Assembly (NCBI GenBank): GCA_913009335.1
Contig: CAJVXN010000001.1
Coordinates: forward strand, 71,709-135,708
DNA from: an uncultured bacterium
GTDB taxonomy: Bacteria; Omnitrophota; Gorgyraeia; Ghiorseimicrobiales; Ghiorseimicrobiaceae
Direction of reading: 5' to 3'
Length of the DNA stretch: 64,000 bases
Shown here: one piece after another, positions 54,301-57,928 of the stretch
Numbering within the stretch: position 1 is the stretch's first letter
Layout of the letters: every line of letters starts with the position of its first letter
Program-made: the position numbers and the translations under genes
The notes under the pieces: model-generated
Database searches by the model: none
Seen by the model: only the letters and a program-made list of their open reading frames with translations
Told to the model about the DNA's origin: nothing

Positions 54301-55716
54301 ATCTTTCGGAACTACCCATCCATAAACTCCGTCATTAGGCGTGGTTGCGACAATCGTATAATTATAGTTAGTCCCGCCGTCATTGGATAACAATATCTCC
54401 ACATTGGCTATCTGGTCAGGAGCATACCAGGTAATGTCTTCGGTGTCATCGCACTGCCATAGCTCGCCGCCATTAGGTGTAAAAACCTGCAGCGGCTCCA
54501 GTTCTATAACAAAGAAATCGCAGACACCCTGCTGGCCGGCCTCCATCCTTTGGAACGCAACCTGGGTGCCTAAATTAACGACAATATTGGAATGTCTAAT
54601 TCTATAATAGGCGTGCCCGCAACCGGTACTATCTTGGGTAGAAGCGCTAAAGGAAAGATCCATATCAACGGCTTGCCCCAAATCTTGTATAACCTGAGTG
54701 GTATCATTATAGGGCAATAAGACCTCGCCGGCTTCTGTCCGGCCAAGGGTACCTAATTCAACAACATACCAATAGGCATACCCCGACCCGGCACTAGTTC
54801 CCGAGGTGCGCCTGTTAAAACCTACCTGCGTATCGGAGGTGATTGCTCCTCTTTGTTCCGAGCACAAAGCTGACTCGTCAAGCCTTGTTCCGAAAAGCAT
54901 AAATGCCTTTGTGCGGTCAACAGGATTAGGCAAGTCAGATACCGCTAAAAAGGAATCTAGCTCCATATAAGACTCACCCTCATAAACCGTAGAATCGTCC
55001 TTTAACTCCACGACAAACGTCCAGACATCGGCGGTAAGATTACCACCTTCGCCAAGATAACGCCTTAATCGTACCTGGTCAGGGGTGCCATGTTGGATTT
55101 GTGTGGCAAAATAAGTCGTGTTCATACGTTCACCCCAATCCGAGGCCTGATGTTGGACGTTAGTCACCCGGGAGATAGCAAATGACTTACCCGGGGTATA
55201 ATCAACGGCAAGGGCCGCCCCGCCCGCAAACTTGTCAGTCTCAGTCGCGGCAAAGCTGGTTTCCCGATACTCGACTTCAAAAGCGTCGGATTCAATGACA
55301 TACCAGCTAATGACACAATCATAACTTGTACTACCAAATGATCTCTCGAAGGTTATATAAGTAGCTAAACCAGTAGGCGTAGGAGTTCCAACAGCGTCAG
55401 TGAATCTAGCTGCCCAGCCATGCGCGGAAGGGTATATCGCGGTATAGGTGGCGACTTCATTTCTAAATTGGAATAGGATAATGGACTTGCTTGTATCTAC
55501 ATCATCAATGTCAACGGTATAAGTGGTGCCTGAGAGTACCGACGATTCACCCGACTGCACTTTTGTCCGGGCAAAAGCAGGCGTAGCGGTAAGGTTAAGG
55601 AGAAGCCCTAAACATATAAATGAAAACAAAGAGATTATAAGAATTCTCTTTGTGAAGGCGCCTCTTCCTCCCGGCTTCAAATCCATGCTTATTTTAGACA
55701 AATCAATCGTACCCAT
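30301..55716 (-). CDS. Giant secreted repeat protein (8471 aa): signal peptide, unique ~450-aa N-terminal region, ~80 tandem Ig-like ~90-aa beta-sandwich repeats in ~681-aa supermodules, divergent ~1000-aa C-terminal region
   Basis: Uninterrupted 25,416-nt ORF. Start codon is preceded by SD AGGTGAGG. N-terminal signal LIISLFSFICLGLLLNLTATPAFA. Repeat consensus GxxTxxxPxxGExWxxGxxxxIxWxxxGxxxxVxIxYSxDGGxxWxxIAxxxxNxGxYxWTxPxxISDxxKVRVxDxxDxxVxDxSDxxFxI. The supermodule is marked by the recurring block EDCYI[KR][IV][SA]D...FSIRPVITV, seen at least 6 times. Confidence 0.85.
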   Translation of the reverse strand: MGTIDLSKISMDLKPGGRGAFTKRILIISLFSFICLGLLLNLTATPAFARTKVQSGESSVLSGTTYTVDIDDVDTSKSIILFQFRNEVATYTAIYPSAHGWAARFTDAVGTPTPTGLATYITFERSFGSTSYDCVISWYVIESDAFEVEYRETSFAATETDKFAGGAALAVDYTPGKSFAISRVTNVQHQASDWGERMNTTYFATQIQHGTPDQVRLRRYLGEGGNLTADVWTFVVELKDDSTVYEGESYMELDSFLAVSDLPNPVDRTKAFMLFGTRLDESALCSEQRGAITSDTQVGFNRRTSGTSAGSGYAYWYVVELGTLGRTEAGEVLLPYNDTTQVIQDLGQAVDMDLSFSASTQDSTGCGHAYYRIRHSNIVVNLGTQVAFQRMEAGQQGVCDFFVIELEPLQVFTPNGGELWQCDDTEDITWYAPDQIANVEILLSNDGGTNYNYTIVATTPNDGVYGWVVPKDNETTTDMIGILTDTLKVKVRDVNWNEFGRTDDTYSSDESDTNFEIIAKVQLDQPDGGEEWFYGDSYDINWTIYGDAADIGNIVIKRDESSGSGGYLTTLATVSASPTTWQWNPVDGNIGVTHKVKIEQQGEETRVYDESAANFRIKGDVTLGSLTTPWLVGTNPSIPWTHKLPNPSTQNLEIHLSRNDGATYDDLLAIVAADTSPYTGWSVVPPLVSAQAKIRIRWATDPAVASESATGFNIDGSITVTAPIVSDTWKIGESKNITWNYVGTLGTVDIFLSTNNGGTWSEIFSNLPVVNQLQAWIVAGNPTSQGLIKIQTDSYAPNEIAGESGANFTIVSVITITRPVTAGVVWRVGASENIQWTIDGALASNKVKIYYKKGTGGIWNEITQPTGWTADIGDGTGSFPWTVPNDIYDEVYIKVEDFDDAAIYHESLSIKIKGAVTVNKPVGAEVVKVSDVAETYNIQWGLTGNVTGMVDIKLSLDGGTSYPTTLTEGVVDITTGNWDWTVLDTHIGNDCMIKVAVDNDESLTTGTAGESASFFVKPQVKLTYPNETGLIKSIGDIVTVTWNAIPDTFGTVMLKYSTNGAAGPYDGTINTLPINSDLETYDWTILDVPGMVGQNTRVQVYKTDDITDVHSESDFDFVVKGTVALTGEANGVGSPVWESNIAESITWNKVGDLGTVKIEFSKDSTPNYAYTIATGLDDDDLSYSWDMPTGLFTTLDFERTEYARIKISSETDGSISDETDTPFVVQSRFSLTQPIGGETLEVEQAGGYDITWSTYGKIPQVKLAYDVNSGGDLYDRNIAAGAAISNVDLYNWTVPNSIGDKVRVKLMSYNYQSFIAVTSPADFKIKGRVEIVAPDATIIGANAWRVDNVASGLTSEESIIWNNYGDLGSGTDQVTIKYAADGSTFDTTLTTTADGTNGLNRNYLWTIPDNIGTTNKIAIEDISHANSALHIFQESQAFEIKGQVKLTAPVGGETYYIGGSPIDITWVYAGSLGNVNLHFSDTDGASWDPAFDTIAVGYTQPYQWTVPDNPTIDAKIKIEQASDNSVSTEEFLVSKFRIRGSVFIGSNPNASTVWTVTANNNIIDWSITGSIATVAIDLDTISGTGGYSELIVSSVSGSAGTYTWTIPLAEYVDVTTDNARIRIRDTTDASVNDESIADFKIKPVINLTAPDGGEHWAIESTPNITWEYWGDVPQIKIEYSLDGGNIWEDPPISSGYDASALQFPWTIPNKANNDTIVRISKVGDPDVPSYSSDQSQAWFEIMGVLELTQPNGGINIDYGTPYDIKWIPTGTITNVKIEYSTDAAHAIWNTVAGAASLAPGASGVENSHSWTVPDESSATVKVKIFEISNAAYVTDESATDNAIIGHITIVYPMNADEMIAETSYTIEWSYDATSIPGFDIDYHDGTSWNPVTTSSLSQGTTTYNWTVDDNIGNTVKVRVKDKDNANVYGESTADNIIKGSVDLTDPDGYETLIVGGPFDITWTKTGSIGNLLIEYSNDDFSFDFNTISASYAADSLVYPWDPIDDFIDNNVKVRVTSIGGIPVTDQSQNPFSIKGSFTNMSPNGGQIWYVGDTDKVVTWTANGSIASVDIRYKTSLAGAYDNVIVLNDTGHVDGSNQYAWTTGVTDENSEDCYIKISDNADSDVFIESAVAFSIRPVITVSEPLVDSNTVVGSSYVDGIVWSLNGSVKVTEADVLFSTTGIGGPFDKTIATGVDATLGKVDWNNVGDYLSGDVVVKVLDKSGGTGNPNVYGLSSSFDIIGSITMTDGVHTPDSSSNWQAATTDKYITWTHTGSLGNVNIRYKYDGGAYSAPINPAPIAVETHSYNWPAIPSTISENVQVKVESENNPGEEYAESLPFKIKGGFTINTPAAPLKSGTSYDITWDNLGLQTEIPTAKLEFYDGSVWHNIDYKSTDTGLVTNSGTYAWSVPVDVRNSGCVFKISDPDNADAVDTTGTFYLLPDIAVTAPLSTVKWLIGTQTGNLIDWNHTGLDFTVKIEYSKDDGSDGYAYLVDTGVGVLASAGTFEWNIPTDQDILSTSQAKIKVSDAGFPSLYDTSESFMLKAAVTVTKPDTDDSLPVLDIFNIQWTTTCTGAADMGNVQIEFRPKDTESYTTVATVAFNSSPYTLWSPPADSIRGSIKEADIKITDVDNTEVTDTSDKFNIKGKIQIDSPNVGAQTWFVGDTTREIKWTPTGVYSNTEIHYAKDTPDANPANFLSPVLIATEANSGSGVQVTYVWPQIPNSAMGNDIRVRVRDAADTNVYSISQDAITIGGKITINEPQAGRIWKKDEVKDISWTSDGDVTNVNIQYKTTALGSWNDIETNYTGGGTYGEGSNSYPWTVVDVNSEDCYIRVADYNNSTIVYGDSLQFSIRPVITVTTPALDVNLEVDSLGNTISWNLNGSTKVSNVKLYYSYDGGPFTNVIDESGTVDATLDYTWNNIPDTISDNVVVRVIDNDNANVYGDSASFDIIGKIIISAPSSGVNWRAGQVKTIDWGTSKGTMGLVRLFYWFNSQYNLIDTGGDINSDVTTTFGWTVPANLITGSTIKILDVDTEGTVDEVTAISASFNIIGNIVVDTPSAITVWKKDETNKLIEWTSTGAVTNVKIEYKTSAGGSYAGNTIVADDPGHTAGANSYTWALAVPDINSEDCYVRVSDVNYYDDVFGESAQFSIRPLITVSIPALDDNLVVGSDNNSIIWSLNGSAQVTTVDIHYQINAGGYGVNVVKTAVSAIAEASDWDNVPDSIDGNVQIRVMDVDNNNVYAESASFDIIGSVTVQQPNSSANWEVGTTDKNITWIYTGSIGTVNIYYDYGTGYGAPIASVPVSDQSYSWNPIPDNVSETVKVKIADADNETEVVDESEVFSIRGGFTITFPSAPTTLISGTGYDITWNRTGTDISNVILEFSDDNGAGWSDIDNNAPNTGTYAWTAPVNVASTNCLIKVTDPDNPSATDTIASNFEVRAKITLSDPIASDEWVVGTSENIAWTVTGVVSNVKIEYSKDGGTGYPLTAVASYDASLSPYPWAIPVTDVSLEDLRTPDQAKIKVSDASYSVVYDTSPNFMVKGGIAVSAPVTSDILHVSDPFNITWITTGFYDVGSNVVIGYSITGGAPFTNIDTVAFDYGSGSYPWTPPIDSITTDLKNAVIEIKDADNPTKVRDESDLFEIEGKIQIDAPDTSGLMWTVNSSRDIKWTPTGTYGPIEIQYSKDNFASDFQPVNTVTNSASGVQGTYSWTIPNDISDTVKVRVRDDNDDDVNDVSGFDVKIVGGLDLTVPESGEVWKKGETKDITWTATGDVTNISIEYKTSAAGGYTTIIADDSGHLAGGNSYSWTSVADENSEDCYIKISDVAHPVDVQSVSAAAFSIRPVITVTTPALDDNLIVSSSGNAINWTIDSSIKVNPVDVHYSVDGGAYTGNTIAIGVTASDLTTNWDNVPDAVSDNVKVRVMDSVNNNVFGESASFDIIGSVTVQQPNSSANWEVGTTDKNITWIYTGSIGTVNIYYDYGLGYGAPIASVPVTDQAYSWNPIPDNVSETVKVKITDADNETEVVDESDVFKIRGGFILVQPPAVLISGDPYTITWTPNGVDIATALLQFSSDNGQNWNPIDGGTGLVSNTGTYGWTIPSDVVSSTCLLKITDPDNSAATDTISSTFEVRAKIVVNAPIGTDEWNVNSAYDVKWTVTGLVTDVKIEYSKTGGAPYTETLVASRDASLSPYSWTILPTQDVISSQGMIKISDTSYATVYDESPEFSIIGDVQVTAPVGTDVLRVGDTFDIEWTSVGAGNIIIGYSTTGGAPFTNIDTVPYDYNNRAYPWTPPIDAITANQKLAVIEMKYENNPLKVRDESDLFEIEGKIQIDAPDTGGLMWTVNSSQDIKWTPTGTYAKVEIQYSKDNFAADFQPVNTVTNSASGVQGTYSWTIPNDISDTIRVRVRDDDDDDVNEVSGFDIKIVGSLDLTVPESGEVWKKGETKDIIWTATGDVTNISIEYKTSAAGGYTTIIADDSGHLAGGNSYSWTSVADENSEDCYIKISDVAHPVDVQSVSAAAFSIRPVITVTTPALDDNLIVSSSGNAINWTIDSSIKVNPVDVHYSVDGGAYTGNTIAIGVTASDLTTNWDNVPDAVSDNVKVRVMDSVNNNVFGESASFDIIGSVTVQQPNSSANWEVGTTDKNITWIYTGSIGTVNIYYDYGLGYGAPIASVPVTDQAYSWNPIPDNVSETVKVKITDADNETEVVDESEVFTIRGGFTITFPNLSTDVLISGTGYDITWNRTGTDIPTVLIEFSSDNKQNWSTIDAAASNTGTYGWTAPSNVASQACFIRISDPDNASAADDSDQNFEVRAKIDVTGPIVTDEWAVGAAYDITWTVTGIVTNVKIEYSKDGGTNYTEELVASRPYDQSPYSWTVPSDKDILSTQGVIRVADASYAAANGESPEFSVIGFITVNAPVTSDILHVGDAFDIQWNAIGYGMGNVTIGYSITGGAPFTNIDTVPYDFGVPAGTYSWTPPDSAITSDLKNAVIEVKADYYPTGVRDESDLFEIEGKIQIDAPDTSGLMWTVNTPHDIKWTPTGTYTPVEIQYSKDNFAADFQPVATVTNSASGVQGTYSWTIPNDISDTVKVRVRDDNDDDVNDVSGFDVKVVGSLDVSVPESGEVWKYNESKNITWSAVGDVSNVKIEYKTSAAGAYNVIVTDDPGHVQGGNSYAWTVADENSEDCYIKISDVVHPADVYSESAASFSMRPVITVTTPALDSNIEVASNGNAIVWSLNGSAKVSYVNLYYSVDGGPFTNVIDETGSVDATAGAFTWNSIPDTISDNAVVRVIDTTNSNVYGASASFDIIGKIRVTTPAIGENWGVGELRTITWDPDGTLGNVKIYYYHDGAYEWIATVPHAPSSYDWTVAAQIEENTTIKIVDEDTEATVDEVAGVSAAYNIIGNFSLDAVPATLSAGSSYSITWDPLGLQGEIPTAKLEFFDGLIWHNIDYKTTDNGLVTNSGSYSWSVPTDVKSIACQFRITDPDNASAIDTSNSFEVRAVISVTSPVSSDKWVIGTSGNIISWNITGVVDTVKIEYSKDGGLSYPGAFVVEPSLPAASTPYDWTIPTNLDILTADQAKIKVSDSTLAVAYDESADFMMKSGITVTKPDTNNILKVLDAFNIEWTTLGLADMGNVDIEFSKIGSAPWTIVATVAFDSSPYTLWFPGIGDITTNSKAAVIKITDVDNTEVTDNSDAFEIEGKIQLDSPDIDAPTWYVGDPQQIKWTPTGTFSYVKIEYSTNGFADELEITVEAASYSNSASGVQGTYDWTIPDEIGGSLKVRISDVNDSDVVDVSSVPFVIKGSLTLNEPNGGDTWYVADTNKKIRWQATGSVTTVRIEYSKNNGGAWTEIIADAFAGPGAGEYTWPSVADAISELCLIRVSDTNDATVNDESDGVFSIKGKIQVIAPDGTERWIAQSSGHNITWNLTGSIQDVKITYSVDAGAFDNVIAASVTGSDESYTWNNIPNHVSDTYLIRVADLNDETNVYGTSPAFSIVGDITVTEPSGGEQLPVGSDFKVEWTKVGDFANVRIEYSLNGGTDFNDQIVSSTATDNLFYWWMSIADNAVSPNVVVRVTDDSDIQVYDDSLAFKVQAIFDIISPDGGVVWAVGSSHDIIWTTSGDVTNVKLEYSTDGGNNWVIPNGDVISASIVNTGSKSWTIPDAISDLVRVRVSDVNDSDASNMSASNFKIRGDLQVTSPNSGAESWLIGASEPITWTVTGSVATVKLEYSVDGQAYVQIPGADNLTADTGGGGGSFDWTIPNDASSLVKVKITNKDDSTVYDESDNDFTITGQLTLSAPVGSEVWYVQDQETISWTKTGTIPTVKLEYSVGGAAYQPVQDADNLSGLTYDWIIPDDIDNQVKVRVSNTDITEPTIVGVSGLFSIKGKLQITNPASGVVWDVAQQKDITWITTGSIATVRLEYDYGSGLNPITASVNASNQIYQWTIPNTIGDNVTVKITDNLDNTVTHTSNVFKIAADINLLSPMGTEVWIVDNSEPITWEKFGDIVNVVLKYDTNEGLNGYPNTIATRPAVDGSYSWPVPDVIGDKLRVRIEDANASSSTQPDESPANFEIQGSITITSPALNDIWLCETQHDIAYTIHGSIANVSIEYSTDAGVTYPYAPIAGSVAVGPGDYTQTWTIPLDTSIQTVIKIINLADANVYDESNEFSMRGGFTFVHPVSTDRWLANSTNMISWNTLGAISSVYVEYSLNNGGVWGYVNDGSAISNATENYNWTIPNVISQQALVRVTDTADPDATTTSDNFNIHGALTVAQPNGQDKLKVGQSDESSKVKWTMIGPLSGVDIALSTNGSGGTYTTFATNQQASLLEYAWSVPMSTLSNNCFIRIRDTQDSLVEDFSDLAFKIMENFNVTVPNGTEQWVVSDVETITWTSQGLASSVNLKYATVAPYDTWTPIVTDEINDGNYDWTIPPTISATCRVRVSDYNDDTDSFDMSDNDFKIQGRITLNIPNGGEKWGCADNKYIDWDWDGNITNVDIHYYNGSIWVAIAAAQGITNIGEYEWNIPSIATDQALIRVRSTADLANVYDISANPFKIMSRIVIQNPNGAEVWYSGSSGTINWAKYGPASFGSVKIDYSVNDPTFTNPIPITTSTASDEAFDWLNIPPEAVSGNVRIRVAHPSDSDVYDISDGDFRVRATLILTAPNGGQKITVDDPYTISWSELGDTQGVKIYCYKQTQPAIKYTIATAAPVGGTYAWTIPDFIHSDLIMRVEDPNDTDAFDISDSTFKIMPGFTVSSPDASSKWYVNDPATISWTYTGTVVDVGIYYSTVGGIAGTWNALTSVSASDLSWTWLSVPDEITAQLKVKVAAANDADAYGESAGMAKIRAKFTLTAPTGGEELVVGDTFQIAWDTVGTVSNVDLHYSLDDFTTPKDIQLGWANGAAGGTYDWTIPDDISQIVKVRVKSSTDDDAYSISNDLRIKGNLWINAPVLDDSWDIEQDYDIEWGWVGTIPEVEITYSINGTGGPFNLILESYNIADDGIVANGSGSGGAGSNYTYTWTVPDQATADAIIKVVDARPTESDVVAQSDSFHIIGYIIVNGIKEQGSGQLVTELAVDSVYDIAWEWGGTMSEVKITYSTNGDTGPFNPIVESYDIANDGIVQNGAGSGGSGSEYTYAWTIPDTISPDCKIRITDPGDATVFGESGTFKIQGAFTLIAPAVTLNSSGIYESRWVTNEVREVSWTTFGTINTVDLVYSKDDFVTEIALKDDLDQDATGIANTGTFDWKIPDDRSTTVKIRIYDSNDHTVYVEGPVVAGGVDTMKIDYYKIIWDIRDLVTNQPISGLTVSDTSGWDAAGLASPVSHEVPAGFWSATWTHQDFGTITESYLVGWDEDAQIWRGDRTIYRTMETLVVHIWRAYSEFAYNVEVWNDNGTPADPDDDYVETPDKLDITTWLERDGALVSGALIIDVSIYDSIYKIKRKTTLVDEANNKHLYYDDVDAGVKLWVGDRSGEVRTMDDVINDCAAYKTGEMDIPSDFAGFFQQSWTPTPYTAGADSYLTLQSGKVYAVTSYMGLATGATFTTPVSFTVTIPMKMADMETTVDSMISTVNTALDKPISEVSTELQATLTAQTAVIDQKMTDQTDMIQTSMGNMETMIDVAMTSFETSVSASLILLEDSAVTAEEAAGLLEETALKYSWGASASPDPALTNDTITITCQGQPGYSPALTIYDADSKTVFSDVVMSESEPGIYTYEFKADDAFEAGKSYSFVITESVTGGLVYGSGLVAKYEWTTAAFPDPVLLGDTIIIQCMGLPKVVPLLTIYDWEGNIIEDSLVMVESSTRAGFYEYSLKADSRFTGGKAYTYNIIEEESSTLLTGAGMVESMSITTVAGLAASAPRAAAAAKKALEAIKAIESVLISGESINIALTLKNLKASVDSLPDAMAKEGPSATITRAINDISDRMRTLAGDEGYDLSTILEEAIEESPTLRRIREKADSINSSVDVMGQIMETKMGGLEDPVVIFE
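41606..42400. repeat. Intragenic direct repeat, copy 1 (709 nt identical to copy 2, then ~95% identity); period 2043 nt = 681 codons
   Basis: 41606-42314 is nucleotide-identical to 43649-44357. The plus-strand antisense ORFs 41813..42043 and 43856..44086 translate identically. Flanking copies near 40.3 kb and 46.4 kb are about 85-90% identical. Confidence 0.85.
43649..44443. repeat. Intragenic direct repeat, copy 2 (see 41606..42400)
   Basis: Same as above, offset 2043 nt. Confidence 0.85.
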
Positions 55717-55729
55717 TTACCTCACCTGA

Positions 55730-56185
55730 TTAATACTCTTGCTCAAGGATAACTTTTCCATATTTATCATACTGTTTTGCTTTCGCTAAGAGATTATTTT
55801 TATAGGCCTTCTGAGACAATAGCTGTCCGTTTTCATAATATTCTTTGACAACGACAATACCTTGCTTTTGGTCTCTATAGTCCCACTCTCTCATCAAAGC
55901 TCCGCTGATGTAGTATTCATTGATAATACCGGTCAGCTCGTTGTTTTTAAAGCGTCCTTCATAATTTAAGTTGCCATCGGGGCAGCATTCTTCGGCAATG
56001 CCATCCAGTTTTTCATTCCCATAGGACTTTTCCCACATTAATTGTCCATCTTCATAATAGTCCTTAAAAATAATATGATTTTTATCGTCTTTTACCGGCT
56101 CTTGCCCATAAACCAGGCTGCAAGAAATCATAACCGGCATAAGTATTAGTAATACTGCTTTTTTAAATAAACTAACCATTCCCAT
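55730..56185 (-). CDS. MORN-repeat (MORN_2-like) lipoprotein
   Basis: Signal plus lipobox (LLILMPVMISC). Repeated Y.E.G.L..E..Y.N.K.DG units (YYEDGQLMWEKSYGNEKLDG; YYENGQLLSQKAYKNNLL). Stop lies 13 nt upstream of the giant gene start. Confidence 0.55.
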   Translation of the reverse strand: MGMVSLFKKAVLLILMPVMISCSLVYGQEPVKDDKNHIIFKDYYEDGQLMWEKSYGNEKLDGIAEECCPDGNLNYEGRFKNNELTGIINEYYISGALMREWDYRDQKQGIVVVKEYYENGQLLSQKAYKNNLLAKAKQYDKYGKVILEQEY

Positions 56186-56186
56186 T

Positions 56187-56639
56187 TTATTTCTTTCTGA
56201 TTATTTCTTTAGCATATAAAACCTCGGGTAATGCTAAATACGTATTAAGCAACGCGGCCATATCAATTGATACGTCGAGTTCAAACTGAATGATGAAAAT
56301 ATCCTTGACCTGGACTACATCGTTCCCTAGCGCAATTTCTTCTTTTCTTGTTTTGTTGGTAAACACCTGATTTACTTCTGCCGTATTTCCTATTGTGGCC
56401 AAGGCATAAACTTTTTCAATTTTTTCCGCGTTATACTGAGAATTAAGATTCCTTAAATCGGTTGACCTTACCCTGACAGCAGAAAGAGGAACTACAGAAA
56501 CTTCGTTTTCCGGCAAGGCAATAGTCCGAGACTCAACCTCAATCATAATTTCTTTATGCGCTGTTTCTCCCTGAGCGTAACAAATTCCCGCGCCAATAAT
56601 CAAACCGCCTACCAAAATGATTATCATTACCTTATTCAT
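56187..56639 (-). CDS. Secreted hypothetical protein (150 aa)
   Basis: N-terminal signal MNKVMIIILVGGLIIGAGICYAQG. No motif recognised. Confidence 0.4.
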   Translation of the reverse strand: MNKVMIIILVGGLIIGAGICYAQGETAHKEIMIEVESRTIALPENEVSVVPLSAVRVRSTDLRNLNSQYNAEKIEKVYALATIGNTAEVNQVFTNKTRKEEIALGNDVVQVKDIFIIQFELDVSIDMAALLNTYLALPEVLYAKEIIRKK

Positions 56640-56641
56640 TA

Positions 56642-57910
56642 TTATCCTCTCTTTTTTCTTTGCCCCTTAGAGACAAATGAAAAATCCCTGACTCTCCCGT
56701 CAGGGTAACGCCTGCTTAAAACACCGCTCATCTTTTCTCCGTCCCATTCTCCGCGCCAGCTGACAGTCGAACCTTTTGCATTACTTTGCATTGTTTCCCA
56801 AACGACTTTCCCGTTAGCATGTACATTTTTCGTATAATTTGTAGCTAAAAAACCTTCCTGTTTCATATTATTGGAGTTAAATCGGCCATCTTCAAATGAA
56901 AGCGTATCGATTTTAATAAAACGATTTTGTAATCCGCTCAATGATGTCAATTCTATTACCCAGGCATAGCCTTCAATTTCCCGCGCCTGCTTGGCGTCCT
57001 CTAATGCCTGTTCAGCCAATTTAATCTTCCATTCATATTGCTTAGTATCCATATTTGCTTTAAGGGCTTTGTCTCTTTCGATTCTAAGCATATCTATTGT
57101 TTTATCATAGAGAGCTAAAGTTTTTTGATATTCTGACCTAAATGCACTGCTCTGGCGATAAAAATAACCGGCAATAATAACTACAACAAGAATTGTGGCG
57201 CCGGCAATAAATATATATAACGGGCGTACTTTTTTTAATCGCTGTTGATTCCTCTGCTCTTGCACGTAATCCTGGATTAAAGCCTTTATGTGTTCTGTAA
57301 ATTCTTGTGAACCTAAAATATTTTTCCGATGTAACTTCTTTTTAAAATCATTTAACTCTTTCTGATCAACATTTTCAGTATAGCCTATGAATTCTTCCTC
57401 CCGGCCGCCTAACGCACGAAAGACTTCTTCGATTTCTTCTTTCATATCCGGATGCCCTCTATGTGCCGGATCAACAAATCGCGAATAACTAGAATGCGGA
57501 TAATCCTTAGGATTATCGCATATTTTTGCCCTTATTGGATTTAAGTGCAGATGGCGCAAAAAAGGCAATATATAGTCTTTTTTCTCCGCCAAAATCGCGT
57601 TAAATCTTGCCTGAAAAAGATGCCCTTTCTTATTATATCGGCTATTGAATGCTTTGGTATATAAAGAATTGATATCATGCATAATGCTGGAGATAGAAAT
57701 ATTATTTCTTAGCTCAATAAGCATATGAATGTGCGTAGGCATTAAACAATAAGAAAAAAGCTTAAATCCGTATTGTGTCTTATAATTATTAATTAGGGAC
57801 ACGTATTCATAGAAATCGGATGCATCCACAAACAAGTTTTGGGCATAACCACTGCGTGAAGTTACGTAATAAAGGATTTTTTCTACATAAACTCTTGGTA
57901 GTCTCGGCAT
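56642..57910 (-). CDS. Membrane-anchored fusion: N-terminal IS200-like HUH (Y1 transposase/RAYT-like) domain + TM + coiled coil + C-terminal WETMQ-family periplasmic domain
   Basis: Residues 1-150 match the COG1943/Y1_Tnp family (VYYVTSRSGYAQNLF...FSYCLMPTHIHMLIE...GHLFQARFNAILAEK...LHLNPIRAKICDNPKDYPHSSYSRF). TM is LYIFIAGATILVVVIIAGYFY. The C-terminus VVWETMQSNAKGSTVSWRGEWDGEKMSGVLSRRYPDGRVRDFSFVSKG is paralogous to 58213..58899 and 60932..61378. Confidence 0.65.
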   Translation of the reverse strand: MPRLPRVYVEKILYYVTSRSGYAQNLFVDASDFYEYVSLINNYKTQYGFKLFSYCLMPTHIHMLIELRNNISISSIMHDINSLYTKAFNSRYNKKGHLFQARFNAILAEKKDYILPFLRHLHLNPIRAKICDNPKDYPHSSYSRFVDPAHRGHPDMKEEIEEVFRALGGREEEFIGYTENVDQKELNDFKKKLHRKNILGSQEFTEHIKALIQDYVQEQRNQQRLKKVRPLYIFIAGATILVVVIIAGYFYRQSSAFRSEYQKTLALYDKTIDMLRIERDKALKANMDTKQYEWKIKLAEQALEDAKQAREIEGYAWVIELTSLSGLQNRFIKIDTLSFEDGRFNSNNMKQEGFLATNYTKNVHANGKVVWETMQSNAKGSTVSWRGEWDGEKMSGVLSRRYPDGRVRDFSFVSKGQRKKRG

Positions 57911-57928
57911 ATTGCCCTCTTGCTTCTA

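Noticed and set aside
30301-55716. Regular ~270-nt and 2043-nt periodic repeats that could superficially suggest a CRISPR or satellite array
   Set aside because: The repeats are in-frame protein domain repeats within one ORF. There are no short direct repeats with unique spacers and no cas genes, so this is not CRISPR.
30341-55729. Dozens of plus-strand ORFs of 60-210 aa inside the giant gene (e.g. 40307..40744, 42314..42835, 44363..44917, 50573..51211)
   Set aside because: They are antisense to a continuous 25-kb minus-strand ORF with strong repeat structure and codon periodicity. Their recurrence simply mirrors the coding repeats, so I did not call them genes.
56642-57910. Calling the HUH-domain gene an IS200/IS605 mobile element
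   Set aside because: No terminal inverted or subterminal hairpin ends, and no tnpB partner. The HUH domain is fused in-frame to TM and periplasmic domains shared with neighbouring non-mobile genes, so it is a domesticated domain rather than an insertion sequence.
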